Shown: positions 36,541 to 48,135, numbered from the stretch's first letter. The stretch is 64,000 nucleotides of DNA from Promethearchaeia archaeon (GCA_029856145.1 JAHQWK010000031.1:1-64000); one strand, 5' to 3'. The notes: generated from the sequence alone by a model not told the origin. Numbers and translations are program-made.

Positions 36541-38818
36541 CCCAATATAAAGGAACCTCGTTACCACCCTCTGTTTTAGTAGAGCAAATTTTATTCAAAT
36601 AATTAAGGCTATAATACATTTCCATCTCTTCACTAGTTAAACGACCAAATAATTCTAAACTTGATATTAAAAGAAAGCTATCAGTTAAAATTACATAGAC
36701 ATCTGTTTCTAAATCCTCTTTTAGATCAACAAGTATATTCGTACCATTTTGAATATGCAGATTAGGGTTTAGATACTCATTTGATGCTGCAAGAAAAAAT
36801 ACAACTGAATTAAGTGAAAGACTTGCATTTTTTTCTTCAAAAGGATAATCATAATAAACTATAATTGAGCTCCATCCAAATTCTCCAATTACAACATTTT
36901 GATTAGGAGAAAAATCAGAATACCATTGGATGATACTTACTTCTCGTCTTTTCAAATTATAAAATTCAAATGAGGAATATATTTCATAATTTGTAGCTAA
37001 TAAGGAAAAGGAAACGATAAATACCATAAGAATTTTAATCTTTAAATGTTGGATTGATTTCGTTTTCATCAATTTATAGAAATAGGATACGAATCCAATA
37101 GAAATCATTATTGACGATAAATAAAAAATCCTAGAAGAAAACGTAAAAGAGCCTGTAAAGAAATCAAATAAAATACCCGCCATTAGGATAATTCCAAATG
37201 CTAATCCCCATAAGAATAATGGTTTTCCTCTAGGTTTATATTGGAATATTAGTAATCCCCATATCGCAAATGAGCAAATGATGATTATTTCAAGTCCAGT
37301 AAAAACAGCAATAAAGTCAAATTTAAATAAAAATAAATTTGCAATACCAAAAGTGAACGCTAAAATTATTGCAAATGTAAAAATAAGAGGAAACAAAAAT
37401 CTTTCTTCTATTTTTTTAAAAACTCTACTTTTTTTTCCCGATAAAATTAAAGAAAACCTTCCTTTAGTGAAATCCATTGATTTGCGATAATGTAAAAGAA
37501 CTAAAGCTTCCAATATTCCAATTAGAATAGTCCCAAATAAAATATAATACCATGGTAGACTACCTAATCTCATGAAAACGGTTAAATGCCCTGTACTTAT
37601 ATTTAAAAAATAAAAGATGACGAAAATACATAAACAAATACATAATAATATAAAATCAAAACCTCTCCTATAACTTTTAATAAAATAAATCGAATAAACC
37701 AATAAAAAAGAAATTAGAAAAATCATTGCGATTAATGAATGAATTAATATACAACTAATAAAGATACCAATAATTAAAAAGTAAGAAAAATACATATTTG
37801 AGAAAATTTGATTCTTGTGTGGTTCTTTTTCTTGAGTAAAAGATTGTAACCTTGTATATAAAAGAAAAAATATGGTAATTCCTTGAATTAGCGCTAAGCT
37901 GGAGGGCCAAAATTGAAACATCAAATTTAAGAATCCTAATGATGAAAATCCTAAAACAAAAATTCCAAATATTGCTAAGTTTTTATTCCTAAAAATCCTC
38001 ATAAAAAGGTTATATACTATAAGAGCGGTTATTGGAAACGTATAGAACATAAAAAATCTTGGTATTAAGATAATCTCCATACCTGAGAAAAAATAGATCA
38101 ATGCTCCAAAAATATGAAAACCATAAGTACCAAAATAATCACCTAAAGGTAAATAGTTAATATCAGTTATAAATTTAATAACTGAAATGTGCATCCAAGG
38201 GTCTGTGCCTATAAATATACTAGACCCAAAAACTCCCAAGATACAAAGTAGAAAGATAAAAATACCTAATAGAACTGAGTTTGAAACTCTAAACCTTTTT
38301 ATTAAACTTAAAATTGAAAAGTTATTAATAAAATCTTCCTTATCATCGGAAGTAAAATCATATTTAAAAGTATTAAACTTACCTTTTTTTATGTCGACAA
38401 TTAGAATCCAGAAAACGATTATCATGTATACGACTATCAATATTATAAAGAAAAACCATTCTGTTAAAGCAAATCCCAAATAAAACCCACTAATTCCTAT
38501 AATAATATAAAAGGATAAATTTGCAACAATCGTAATTGATAATTTTTCTAGAAAATTCAAATTTTTTTTTTTAAATATTATAAAAATTATCGGGTAAATT
38601 GGTAAAAATAGAAGGGTAAAGATTGCGCTGATATAAACAATAAAATGAAAAAACCAATTCAAAAAAGGAATTTCTGATAAACCAGAAACAATATTAAAAT
38701 TTATTATTTTAAGAAATACAAAAATTAAGGATATCGAAGATATTAGTATTAATACTAATTTAATCCTTACTTTTATATAAAAAATTATACAATTTAAATT
38801 CAAATTCTGAATTCTCAT
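36533..38818 (-). CDS. multi-pass membrane protein, probable GT-C-fold glycosyltransferase
   Basis: More than 12 TM segments; GTDPWMH luminal DxxxH motif; adjacent to the glycan cluster. Confidence 0.65.
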   Translation of the reverse strand: MRIQNLNLNCIIFYIKVRIKLVLILISSISLIFVFLKIINFNIVSGLSEIPFLNWFFHFIVYISAIFTLLFLPIYPIIFIIFKKKNLNFLEKLSITIVANLSFYIIIGISGFYLGFALTEWFFFIILIVVYMIIVFWILIVDIKKGKFNTFKYDFTSDDKEDFINNFSILSLIKRFRVSNSVLLGIFIFLLCILGVFGSSIFIGTDPWMHISVIKFITDINYLPLGDYFGTYGFHIFGALIYFFSGMEIILIPRFFMFYTFPITALIVYNLFMRIFRNKNLAIFGIFVLGFSSLGFLNLMFQFWPSSLALIQGITIFFLLYTRLQSFTQEKEPHKNQIFSNMYFSYFLIIGIFISCILIHSLIAMIFLISFLLVYSIYFIKSYRRGFDFILLCICLCIFVIFYFLNISTGHLTVFMRLGSLPWYYILFGTILIGILEALVLLHYRKSMDFTKGRFSLILSGKKSRVFKKIEERFLFPLIFTFAIILAFTFGIANLFLFKFDFIAVFTGLEIIIICSFAIWGLLIFQYKPRGKPLFLWGLAFGIILMAGILFDFFTGSFTFSSRIFYLSSIMISIGFVSYFYKLMKTKSIQHLKIKILMVFIVSFSLLATNYEIYSSFEFYNLKRREVSIIQWYSDFSPNQNVVIGEFGWSSIIVYYDYPFEEKNASLSLNSVVFFLAASNEYLNPNLHIQNGTNILVDLKEDLETDVYVILTDSFLLISSLELFGRLTSEEMEMYYSLNYLNKICSTKTEGGNEVPLYWVI

Positions 38819-38975
38819 TCTAATAAAAGCTTTTACTCAATTTTTAAATTTATTTGATAAAAATACAATATTAGTTTTTTAGCTTATTCTCTTATAATTG
38901 TTAAAAGATTTAATTGAGCCATCAATATTTCTCATTAAAAGAATATTAATTTTAATTTAAAATTTATCTTAGACC

Positions 38976-39947
38976 ATGTTGAAAAACAAAACTATTATAA
39001 TAACAGGCGCTGCCGGTTTTATTGGCTCCCACTTAACTGAAATATTATTGAAAAATAGTAATTTTTTGATATTGATTGACAATTTTAATGAATATTATTT
39101 AGGTAAAGAAGAACGATTAGAAGCGATATTAAGTAATTATCAAAGTAATAAAGATTATATTGTAATTAGAGAAGATCTCACAAAGAAATTATTTATTAAT
39201 AAAATTCATCATGAAATTGATTATATTTTCCATTTTGCTGCTCAAGCAGGCGTAAGATATTCGATTAATAAAGCAGCAGAAGTAACCCAGAACAATATTA
39301 TAAGTACAGTGAATATATTCGAATATGCTCTAAAAAATGATAAAATTCAGAAAATTGCTTATGCATCATCATCATCGGTATATGGAAATCCAATTTATAC
39401 TCCATGCGATGAAGATCATCCAAAAAATCCTATTTCACCATATGCAGTATCAAAATTATGTGGAGAACTCTATGCAGATTACTATTATAGAGAATATAGT
39501 TTACCAATTACATCATTAAGATTCTATACCGTTTATGGACCAAGAGGTCGACCAGATATGTCTATAAGTAAGTTTTTTAATTTTATGCTTAAAGATAAAG
39601 AGATCTCTATATATGGAACTGGTGAACAACTTAGAGATTTTACATATATATCAGACATTATAAATGGATTGATATTAGCATGTGAAAAGGATGCATCAAA
39701 TGGAGAAGCCTTTAATTTAGGTAGCTCAAATCCTATTAGTGTTAATGATTTAATTGAAAAAATGTACACTATAACGAATAAGCCAAAAAAAGTTAAATAT
39801 ATCGATAAACAACAAGGAGATGTTGATATTACATATTCAAATATAAATAAAGCTAGAAATCTTTTAAAATTCAGTCCCAAAGTTGATATTGAAGAAGGAC
39901 TAATGAATCAATATCAATGGCAAAATAAAGAATTATCAAAACATTGA
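38976..39947 (+). CDS. NAD-dependent nucleotide-sugar epimerase (UDP-glucuronate 4-epimerase-like)
   Basis: TGAAGFIG, AAQAGVRYS, SSSSVYG, YAVSK and FYTVYGPRGRPDM motifs. Confidence 0.92.
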   Translation: MLKNKTIIITGAAGFIGSHLTEILLKNSNFLILIDNFNEYYLGKEERLEAILSNYQSNKDYIVIREDLTKKLFINKIHHEIDYIFHFAAQAGVRYSINKAAEVTQNNIISTVNIFEYALKNDKIQKIAYASSSSVYGNPIYTPCDEDHPKNPISPYAVSKLCGELYADYYYREYSLPITSLRFYTVYGPRGRPDMSISKFFNFMLKDKEISIYGTGEQLRDFTYISDIINGLILACEKDASNGEAFNLGSSNPISVNDLIEKMYTITNKPKKVKYIDKQQGDVDITYSNINKARNLLKFSPKVDIEEGLMNQYQWQNKELSKH

Positions 39948-40146
39948 AAAATATATAAATTTTTTCCAATTCAGAAAAATAATTAATTTACATTTCAAAT
40001 TAAGCATCAATAACTTCTAAATCCGAATTAGTTTAAGAAATTACTAATTGAATAAATTTTAAATTTAATAATATTAATATTTATTAAGTAAAATTCTAAA
40101 AAACTTAACTTTAGAAAGTAGAGATAAAGCAAAAGGCGCCTTATTT

Positions 40147-41004
40147 TTGAAAACTTTGGATAATAAAATAAATCTTAATGCTTTTGTAAATGGGTTAAAA
40201 TCGACTAAGGGTAATTTTGAACAACTATATCAAGAGTTTTATGATTATCTAAAAGGTTTCAAAACTAAAGAAGATGACGTAATCTTAACAATTGTTTTAC
40301 CAATGCTAAACGAGGAAAAGACGATAAAAGCAATTTTAGAAAGTTTGCCTTATGACAATTCCATAGAGATTATTGTAGTTAATGATCATTCAACTGATAA
40401 CAGTCTAAAAGAAATTGAAAAAGTTAAATTAAATAGGAAGATCAGAGTAATAAATCATAAATTAAATAGAGGCTATGGAAGAGCGATAATTTCAGGAATT
40501 TCGCAAGCGAAAGGAGAAGTTATTGTAACTATAGATTCAGATGGTCAACATAGTCCTGATGATATTTTTAATTTAGTTAAGCCCATTTTTGAGGGGGATG
40601 CTGATTATACAATTGGTTCACGATATAAAGGAACTTACTTTTATAAATTACCTGTATTTACTAGAGTAGGAGAAGTTATTGTAGAAAAATTAATACAATT
40701 GCTTTTTGGGCCAAAAGTGGTGAATAATCAAACCGGATTTCGCGCTTTCAATAGAAAAGTTGTTCCAATTTTAAATAATACTAAATATCCTGGGTATGCT
40801 TATTGTACAGAACAAATTTTGAGAGTATCAATATTAGGGTTTAAAATAAAAGAATGCCCAATTAAAGTATATAGTCGTCAATTTGGATCATCAAAGATTG
40901 TATTAAGAATATTAGCTGGTAGAATTTTTTCATGCATAATCTACTATTATATTCAAAAAATTAAATTTATGATGAAAAGGACAAAAAGAATTAGTTCTCT
41001 TTAA
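40147..41004 (+). CDS. GT2 glycosyltransferase (dolichol-P-sugar synthase-like)
   Basis: PMLNEE, VNDHSTD, IDSDGQH, GSR and TGFRAF motifs. Confidence 0.92.
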   Translation: MKTLDNKINLNAFVNGLKSTKGNFEQLYQEFYDYLKGFKTKEDDVILTIVLPMLNEEKTIKAILESLPYDNSIEIIVVNDHSTDNSLKEIEKVKLNRKIRVINHKLNRGYGRAIISGISQAKGEVIVTIDSDGQHSPDDIFNLVKPIFEGDADYTIGSRYKGTYFYKLPVFTRVGEVIVEKLIQLLFGPKVVNNQTGFRAFNRKVVPILNNTKYPGYAYCTEQILRVSILGFKIKECPIKVYSRQFGSSKIVLRILAGRIFSCIIYYYIQKIKFMMKRTKRISSL

Positions 41005-41161
41005 AATCCTAATCCTTGTAATCTAAATTTATGTGTATTAAAAACCATTTCTGTTTATTATGAAATATAGTAGTATTTTGTTTTAGAATTATAACTGTTA
41101 AACATTAATATGTACCAAAAAAAACAAAAACTTTTTGAAATTTTAGTGCTATTAAAATTCT

Positions 41162-42232
41162 ATGAAAAAAATTATTACGTGTATCGGAATTCGGCCAGAT
41201 ATTATTCGCCTTTCCCAAATCATTAAAAAATTAGACTTATATTTCGAAAATATTCTTGTTGATAGCGGTCAACATTATGATTATAACTTAAATAAGATTT
41301 TTTATGATCAGTTAGGAGTTCGCAAGCCCGAATATAATTTAAATATAAAAAGTGGTACCCATGCCTCCCAAGTAGCAAAATTAATGATCGAATTTGAAAA
41401 GGCTTTAATTAAGGAAAAGCCTAGTTTTGTTGTAGTCTTAGGTGATAATAATAGTAGTCTGGGTTTTGCTTTAGCTACTTCAAAATTAAATATTCCATTA
41501 GTTCATATAGAAGCCGGAATGCGTAGTAAAAATTGGTTAATGCCTGAGGAGAAAAATAGAGTTATAATTGATCATTTAGCTGATTTGAATATTTGTTATT
41601 TGACTGAGCATAAAGGTAATTTACTGAGAGAAGGGATAAATCCTCGACGATGTTGGGTAGTAGGGAATCCAATTATAGATGTTGTTCACGCTGTAAAAAC
41701 GAATTTTAAACAAGATTCTCCTTTTTATTTGGTAACATGTCATCGTGCGGAGAATACTGAAAATGAAAAAAATCTGAGAATAATTATAACTTTTCTTGGA
41801 GAGCTCTATAGAAAGAAAAATGTAGAGATAAAGTATATCTTAATGCCTAAAACACAGCAAATGATGGAAAAATATGAGATAAATTTTCCAGAAGGTCTTA
41901 ATCCAATCCCTCCCCAAGGATTTCTTGAATTTTTAGGTATGGAAAAAGAAGCAGATTTAGTGATCTCCGATAGTGGAACCGTAGTTGAAGAGTGTGCCAT
42001 TCTAGGAACAGCTTGTCTTACTATTCGTGAAAGTACTGAAAGAATTGATCTAATTGAACTTGGAGTAAATGTATTAACAGGAATGGATCTAGAACAAATG
42101 TTATCTGCTGCTGAAATGGCAATATCCCGAAGGAGAGAACCAGTAACCCATTATGGCAAAAATATTGCTGAAAAAATATGCAATATTTTAATTGGAAATT
42201 CTTTGAATTTTTATAAATTTAGAGAGAGATAA
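41162..42232 (+). CDS. non-hydrolysing UDP-N-acetylhexosamine 2-epimerase (WecB/WbjD type)
   Basis: GIRPD, SGQHYD, HIEAGMRS, MPEEKNR, HRAEN, SDSGT and RESTER motifs. Confidence 0.93.
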   Translation: MKKIITCIGIRPDIIRLSQIIKKLDLYFENILVDSGQHYDYNLNKIFYDQLGVRKPEYNLNIKSGTHASQVAKLMIEFEKALIKEKPSFVVVLGDNNSSLGFALATSKLNIPLVHIEAGMRSKNWLMPEEKNRVIIDHLADLNICYLTEHKGNLLREGINPRRCWVVGNPIIDVVHAVKTNFKQDSPFYLVTCHRAENTENEKNLRIIITFLGELYRKKNVEIKYILMPKTQQMMEKYEINFPEGLNPIPPQGFLEFLGMEKEADLVISDSGTVVEECAILGTACLTIRESTERIDLIELGVNVLTGMDLEQMLSAAEMAISRRREPVTHYGKNIAEKICNILIGNSLNFYKFRER

Positions 42233-42241
42233 TATAGGAAG

Positions 42242-43144
42242 TTAAATTTGAAAAGTATCACTTCTCTCAATATAATCCAATAATTCATTTAGAGCAGTTT
42301 TTAAATCAAACTTACTAAATAAGGTTGAAAGTTCTTGATATTTGGTTCCTAGTGACCGGTCAACTCTTTCCTCTGGTTTATTTACACGATTAATTTTTAA
42401 TTTTTTATCAAATATATCATTAAAGATGTTCATTAATTCATATTTATTTACAATAGAATTAGGGAGAAAATGATGAACGTGTGAAATTTTTACTAATTTA
42501 TCAAAATAATTCATTTCAATTACTTTCTCACAAATTTGAGCAAATTGTAGAGTTGTTACACCGTTCCAAGTGTGATGTTCCCAACCACTTATTGTTCCGC
42601 TTTTCTTCTGGTTGAGGAACCACTCTAAAAGAAAAGTAACTTCTTTTTTTAATTCAGGACCAATAATTGAACATCTAATAATTAATGTTGTGCCATCAAA
42701 AACTTCTCCGAGACTTTTTGATTTTCCATATACATCTAAAGGATCATGAGGATCGTCTTCATTATAATTGCCTTTTTCCCCACTAAAAACACAATCAGTG
42801 CCTATTTGTACTACTTTTATATTATATTTTTTAGCATACTTTGCCAATTCCCATGGGAAATTTGAGTTTATCTTAATTGCACGAATAACTCCCGCAGGAT
42901 CATCATCTTTAGAAAAAGGTTTAGTTATTCCAATACAATTTATTATGTAATTTATTTTTAAATCAACAAACTTTTTTTGTTCTAATTGAGTTGTATCGTG
43001 AGCATCAAAAAGAAATACACGATTAGTTTGATATTTTGAGTTTCTAACTGTACCATAAACATTAAAATCATTGTTTTTTGATAGATAATCAAAAACCATA
43101 GCTCCTAACATTCCACTAACTCCGAGTACCAATATATTAATCAT
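42242..43144 (-). CDS. RmlD-like nucleotide-sugar 4-reductase
   Basis: GVSGMLG, TDCVFSG, YGKSK, SIIGPE and WNGVTT motifs. Confidence 0.88.
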   Translation of the reverse strand: MINILVLGVSGMLGAMVFDYLSKNNDFNVYGTVRNSKYQTNRVFLFDAHDTTQLEQKKFVDLKINYIINCIGITKPFSKDDDPAGVIRAIKINSNFPWELAKYAKKYNIKVVQIGTDCVFSGEKGNYNEDDPHDPLDVYGKSKSLGEVFDGTTLIIRCSIIGPELKKEVTFLLEWFLNQKKSGTISGWEHHTWNGVTTLQFAQICEKVIEMNYFDKLVKISHVHHFLPNSIVNKYELMNIFNDIFDKKLKINRVNKPEERVDRSLGTKYQELSTLFSKFDLKTALNELLDYIERSDTFQI

Positions 43145-43173
43145 TTTGAAACCCTCATATAATAAAATTCACT

Positions 43174-44589
43174 TTAACGATTCTCCACTTTCCAAACTTC
43201 ATCTCCCCAATAGTCTATTGGATAACGGTAATCATCGCCTTTACTTTCTTCTAAAGAACTTGTTGAAAAGAAAATAATTCGAGTGTCAGAGTCTAGTGCT
43301 CTAAATCCATTCGCGTACTTAGGAGGTATAAAAAGTACTTGAGGATTCTTATCAGAAAGAATAAATCTATTAATTTTTAAGTGTTTTGATGGTGATTCAA
43401 TATTATCTAATTTTACAGCAGCAACAATAGCGGATCCCTTTGCAACATATACATATTTTGCTTCGTTTAAATGGCCATGAAATGCCCGTATAGTATTTAT
43501 ACTGAAATTTTGAACCTGATAAAATCGTTTAACTCCATAAAAATTAAAATCATTAGCAAAGTTTAAGTTACCTCTATCATCAACAGCGATCCCTCCCTCA
43601 ATCAAGCGTAGATCTTTTTTGCCAATTGTTCGTGATATATTTACACGCTCAGCCAATTTAAGGTTAGAATAAATTCCTTTATGAAAATCTAAAACTGTTG
43701 GTGATTTGATGATTTCTTTAACTGCATCCTTAACAGTATATTTAAACTCAAATCCAGTATTTATAATCTTACTGCTATCTACCATGTAACTCCTTTTATC
43801 TACTATATTTCTATTTATCTCAATCTCACAATTCGTTATTTCTCTAATAATCTCTCCTAATTTCAATAAGCTAATATTTTCCCCTTTTACATTATAAATT
43901 CCACGCAAATTATTTTTAATAACATGAATAATAGCTCTAGAGATATCACGGATATGAACAAAAGGACGTTCCTGCTCTCCACCAAATACAGTTATTTTAT
44001 TAAATCTTGCAGCTCTCGCTGCGAATGTGTTGACAACTAAATCATAGCGCATTCTAGGACTCAATCCATAAGCTGTACCTAATCTTAGAATACAATGATT
44101 ATCATCACATATCTCTCTTATAAGGCGTTCTTGAGTATATTTTGTCTGCCCATAGAAATCAATAGGAAATCCTTCATCTTCTTCTTTTACAATAACATTT
44201 GGTTCACTTCCATAAATACTACATGTGCTAATATGGACAACAAATTTTTTTAGTTTCTTACAAATTTCAGCGATATTTCTTGTACCTATGCAATTTATAT
44301 CAATACTCAAATTAGTGTCTATTAAACAAGCGGGATCACCCACAATTGCCGCTAAATTCACTATAATATCGTAATTCTTAATAATCTTCTCAATCTGATC
44401 TTTATTTCGTGTATCTGCTTCAATAAATGGATTTAAGGGATGAAGATCCTTATAAAGATGATTATCTACAATATCAACTTCCCATTCCTCCTTTTTCATA
44501 ATCTCATATAATATACTTCCAATATACCCAAGTCCACCTAAAATCAATATTTTATTTGGCATAGTTCCTTCTGTCTGTTTTTTATTCAT
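43174..44589 (-). CDS. SDR epimerase/dehydratase fused to a C-terminal RmlC-like cupin
   Basis: GGLGYIGS, AAIVGDPAC and YGQTK in the SDR part; DDRG...RAFHGH...IPPKYANGF in the cupin. Confidence 0.9.
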   Translation of the reverse strand: MNKKQTEGTMPNKILILGGLGYIGSILYEIMKKEEWEVDIVDNHLYKDLHPLNPFIEADTRNKDQIEKIIKNYDIIVNLAAIVGDPACLIDTNLSIDINCIGTRNIAEICKKLKKFVVHISTCSIYGSEPNVIVKEEDEGFPIDFYGQTKYTQERLIREICDDNHCILRLGTAYGLSPRMRYDLVVNTFAARAARFNKITVFGGEQERPFVHIRDISRAIIHVIKNNLRGIYNVKGENISLLKLGEIIREITNCEIEINRNIVDKRSYMVDSSKIINTGFEFKYTVKDAVKEIIKSPTVLDFHKGIYSNLKLAERVNISRTIGKKDLRLIEGGIAVDDRGNLNFANDFNFYGVKRFYQVQNFSINTIRAFHGHLNEAKYVYVAKGSAIVAAVKLDNIESPSKHLKINRFILSDKNPQVLFIPPKYANGFRALDSDTRIIFFSTSSLEESKGDDYRYPIDYWGDEVWKVENR

Positions 44590-44858
44590 AGAGTATTATC
44601 TATGTTCTATTACTCATTTTATTACTAATTTAAATTCAGCTAATAATAAAAATTAATTCAATTTAATAATTTATTCATCGATAATACGTTTCTAAATTCT
44701 GTTTTCAATGAAGAAACCTAGATTTTATATTCCAAAAAGCTTTTATTTGTTATGTACTATCTCAAATTTTATATTTTTTACTGATTTTTTATTAATTAAC
44801 ATAAAATTTTCATTATTTTTTAAGATTTTAAATTTAATCTACTGATAAGAGTTATCTG

Positions 44859-46076
44859 ATGAATATTCTAGTTCTCCAAGAAACAGATTGGCTTACTCGG
44901 GGGCCAAATACACAACATCACGTTTTTGAGAGGATTTCACAAAATCCTAATATCAATATCACGGTTTATGATTATGATATTGATAAAATAATGCGTTCTA
45001 GTTCAATTTTCATAAAAAAACGTATCTTTACCAATATCCATCGTGCAGTAGATAATTCAAATATACGTATTATTCGTACAGGTCATGTTCAAGTTCTTTA
45101 TCTTAGAAGAATAACTTCATTAATTACAAATTTCTTTCACATGCTTAAATCAATCAGGAGAAATCGACCTGATATTATTGTCGGATTTTCCTTAACTAAT
45201 GGAATAATAGGTTTACTTTTCTCTAAGCTTTATAGTATTCCTTTTGTTTTTTATTATATTGACAAGCTACATACATTAGTAACTGTTCAATCAGTTAGAA
45301 TAATTGCTATAATCTTTTCACGTTTTTTGCTTAAGTATTCAGATAAGGTAATAGTTGTTACAAAATCCCTTCAAAAATATGTTTTAAACGAAGGTGTTAA
45401 GCCGAATAAAGTAAGCATTCTATTAAACGGGATCTCTTTGGAAAACACATTAATAAACAATAGTAAACTTGATACATTAAAACAGAAATATGCAATAAAA
45501 GAAGATGAATTTGTTTTATTTTTTATGGGATACTTATATGATTTTGCTGGGTTAAAGGAAATTATTGATTACTATAACACAGATGTAAAGACTGGTAAAT
45601 TAAAGTTTCGATTTATAATAGTTGGGGATGGGGGGATATATAAATCTTTAGTTAAATATGTTAAAGAAATTAAAGCAGATTGGGTAATCTTTACTGGTAG
45701 AATTCCTTTTTTTGAAATTACTGAATATATTGAATTAGCTGATTTATGTCTCATGAGTTTTGCTTTAAATGAGATTACTAGAGAAATAACTCCAGTAAAG
45801 ATTATGGAATATATGGCAATGAAAAAACCAGTCTTATCAAATAGTTTACCAGGGGTTATTAATGAGATTGGAAAAGATAATGGGGTGATTTATGCTAAAA
45901 ATCAACTTGATCTTATAAAAAAAATTGAAATATTAAGTTATAACAAGGAAAATTTAAAGGATATTGGACAGAAAGGTTACCGATTAATAGAAGATTATTA
46001 TACTTGGTCAAAGATCCTAAAAGACTTTAAAAGACTCATATTAAATGTAATAAAATTAAAGAAAATACGTGATTAA
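44859..46076 (+). CDS. GT4 glycosyltransferase
   Basis: PVKIMEYMAMKKPV motif, GT-B pattern. Confidence 0.92.
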   Translation: MNILVLQETDWLTRGPNTQHHVFERISQNPNINITVYDYDIDKIMRSSSIFIKKRIFTNIHRAVDNSNIRIIRTGHVQVLYLRRITSLITNFFHMLKSIRRNRPDIIVGFSLTNGIIGLLFSKLYSIPFVFYYIDKLHTLVTVQSVRIIAIIFSRFLLKYSDKVIVVTKSLQKYVLNEGVKPNKVSILLNGISLENTLINNSKLDTLKQKYAIKEDEFVLFFMGYLYDFAGLKEIIDYYNTDVKTGKLKFRFIIVGDGGIYKSLVKYVKEIKADWVIFTGRIPFFEITEYIELADLCLMSFALNEITREITPVKIMEYMAMKKPVLSNSLPGVINEIGKDNGVIYAKNQLDLIKKIEILSYNKENLKDIGQKGYRLIEDYYTWSKILKDFKRLILNVIKLKKIRD

Positions 46077-46199
46077 ATAAAAATTTGAAACCAGATTTAA
46101 TAAATATCAAATATTACAAAAATTTTTACCAATAAATTTTATTAAAATATATTAGAAATAGGTTTAACAAACTTAAGGACATCAAAAAAAGGATTTATT

Positions 46200-47387
46200 A
46201 TGAAAATCATTATTGTTATTTCTCATCTATCAATTTATGGTGGAGGTGGGAAATTTATTATGGATTATGCTAATAGATTCTCTGAAAAAGGGCATGATAT
46301 AACTATAGTTGCCATAAATATAGATAAAAATAATTATAAATTTGATGAAAAAATAAATCTTATAGAACTCGGGGGACCTTTACCGGCAAACCCTTTATTT
46401 TGGTTTGAATTCAATAAAATAAAAAAGAAATATCTAAGAATAATAAATAACATGGAAAGTGATTTAATTGTAAATATCCATTTTCCAACGAATTACTATC
46501 TCTCAAAGATGAAAAAAAACAATAAAATAAATTTTGTACATTATTGTTTAGAACCTTATCGTTTTTTTCATGATAAAACTTTTTATTCAAGAGCATCATT
46601 ATCCTTAAAACTAATCAGCCTTACTCTCAGAATCTTTTTCAAAAGGTATGATATTATTGGAATGCGTTCTGCTGCTGAAATTATTTATATCAGTAAATTT
46701 ACTGGAAGACGTGTAAAAGAGTGGTATGGTAGAAATGGTATTTTACATTATATTGGAGTTGAAACTGATAAAGTAATTGATAAAGATAATAAATTTGATC
46801 TAAGAAAGAGATTAAAACTAAGAGCTGAGGTTCCAATTATATTTACTTTAGGATTATCTACACATCTAAAAGGCGCTAAAGAATTAATTCATATTTTTGA
46901 AAGAATAATAAAAATAAACCCCGAAACGGTATTATTAATTGGAGGACGTCCAGCAAAAAGAAATAAAAAGATTATTAAAAAAGCCATAAAAAAATTGAAA
47001 ATCCCAAATCAAAACGTAATTTTTTATGGCTTTATTGAAGAAAATCTAATAGATTATTTTTATAATCAATCAACTTTAACCTTTTATACGGCAATAGAAG
47101 AATCTTTTGGCTTAATTCCGTTAGAATCCATGCTAAATGGTACTCCCGTAATTGCTTTTGAGGGAGGACCTTCAGAAACTGTTTTAGATGGTAAAACAGG
47201 TTATGTAATAAAAACAAATGATCTTAGTAGTTTTGCTCAAAAAGCTATCAGGCTTATAGAGGATAAAGATCTGAATAAAGAATTTTCTAAAAGAGGTAGA
47301 AAACATGTTATGAATAATTTCAGTATAGAAAAAGGTATATCCTCTTTAGAAATGATTTTGCAAAATATAATTAAAAAATATCATTGA
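46200..47387 (+). CDS. GT4 glycosyltransferase
   Basis: YGGG and EESFGLIPLESMLNGTPV motifs. Confidence 0.92.
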   Translation: MKIIIVISHLSIYGGGGKFIMDYANRFSEKGHDITIVAINIDKNNYKFDEKINLIELGGPLPANPLFWFEFNKIKKKYLRIINNMESDLIVNIHFPTNYYLSKMKKNNKINFVHYCLEPYRFFHDKTFYSRASLSLKLISLTLRIFFKRYDIIGMRSAAEIIYISKFTGRRVKEWYGRNGILHYIGVETDKVIDKDNKFDLRKRLKLRAEVPIIFTLGLSTHLKGAKELIHIFERIIKINPETVLLIGGRPAKRNKKIIKKAIKKLKIPNQNVIFYGFIEENLIDYFYNQSTLTFYTAIEESFGLIPLESMLNGTPVIAFEGGPSETVLDGKTGYVIKTNDLSSFAQKAIRLIEDKDLNKEFSKRGRKHVMNNFSIEKGISSLEMILQNIIKKYH

Positions 47388-47406
47388 TTTGATAAATATA
47401 TCTTTG

Positions 47407-48135
47407 TCATTGTTTAATTACAAAATCATTTGCTTCTTTAATAGAATTCGAATCAATAGGTTTAAAATAAGTATATCCTATTTGTTCTAAGAATCTAAAA
47501 CATTTTTGTTTAACTAGGGCACCATGAGTCTCTATTATTATTATGGGTTTATTTTTTATAAGAAAATTTTTTGCTCCTTCAAGAACTTGCAACTCTGCAC
47601 CTTCTACATCGATTTTTAATAGATTTGGTCTTATTTTCCTCTTTGTTATGAAACTATCGAGTGAAATTGTTGAAACACGTTGAGTTCCACTAGCATCCAA
47701 AGTGCCTTCAGCAACATTAGAAGCTGTTTTAAACCAAGAAAGCCCATTTTTATCCGCTACAGCACACGGGACAATTATCACATTTTTAACTTTATTTAAT
47801 TTGAGCATTCTATGTAAAAAGCTAAGATTACGAGGAAGTGGCTCAAAGGCGTAAACTAATTTAGAATATCTTGAGAAAAGTAATGAATAAATACCAATAT
47901 TAGCTCCAATATCAAAGCATATGAAATTTTTTGAAATCAGATCTGTCGTTATCTTTAATCGTTTTGGTTCACTAAGGTTGAATATAATAGAGATACCTTT
48001 TCCACTACCCGCAGGTGCCCCCATAATTAACTTATATCCTTTTAATGCTCCTCGTAATATTACTAAAGGCATTCCTGAAGGGATAAATTTTGTAAAAAGT
48101 ATAGAAAATTTGGAGATTAAATTTTTAAAATTCAC
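47407..48135 (-). CDS. FkbM family methyltransferase
   Basis: DIGANIG, AFEP and KIDVEGAE motifs. Confidence 0.93.
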   Translation of the reverse strand: MNFKNLISKFSILFTKFIPSGMPLVILRGALKGYKLIMGAPAGSGKGISIIFNLSEPKRLKITTDLISKNFICFDIGANIGIYSLLFSRYSKLVYAFEPLPRNLSFLHRMLKLNKVKNVIIVPCAVADKNGLSWFKTASNVAEGTLDASGTQRVSTISLDSFITKRKIRPNLLKIDVEGAELQVLEGAKNFLIKNKPIIIIETHGALVKQKCFRFLEQIGYTYFKPIDSNSIKEANDFVIKQ

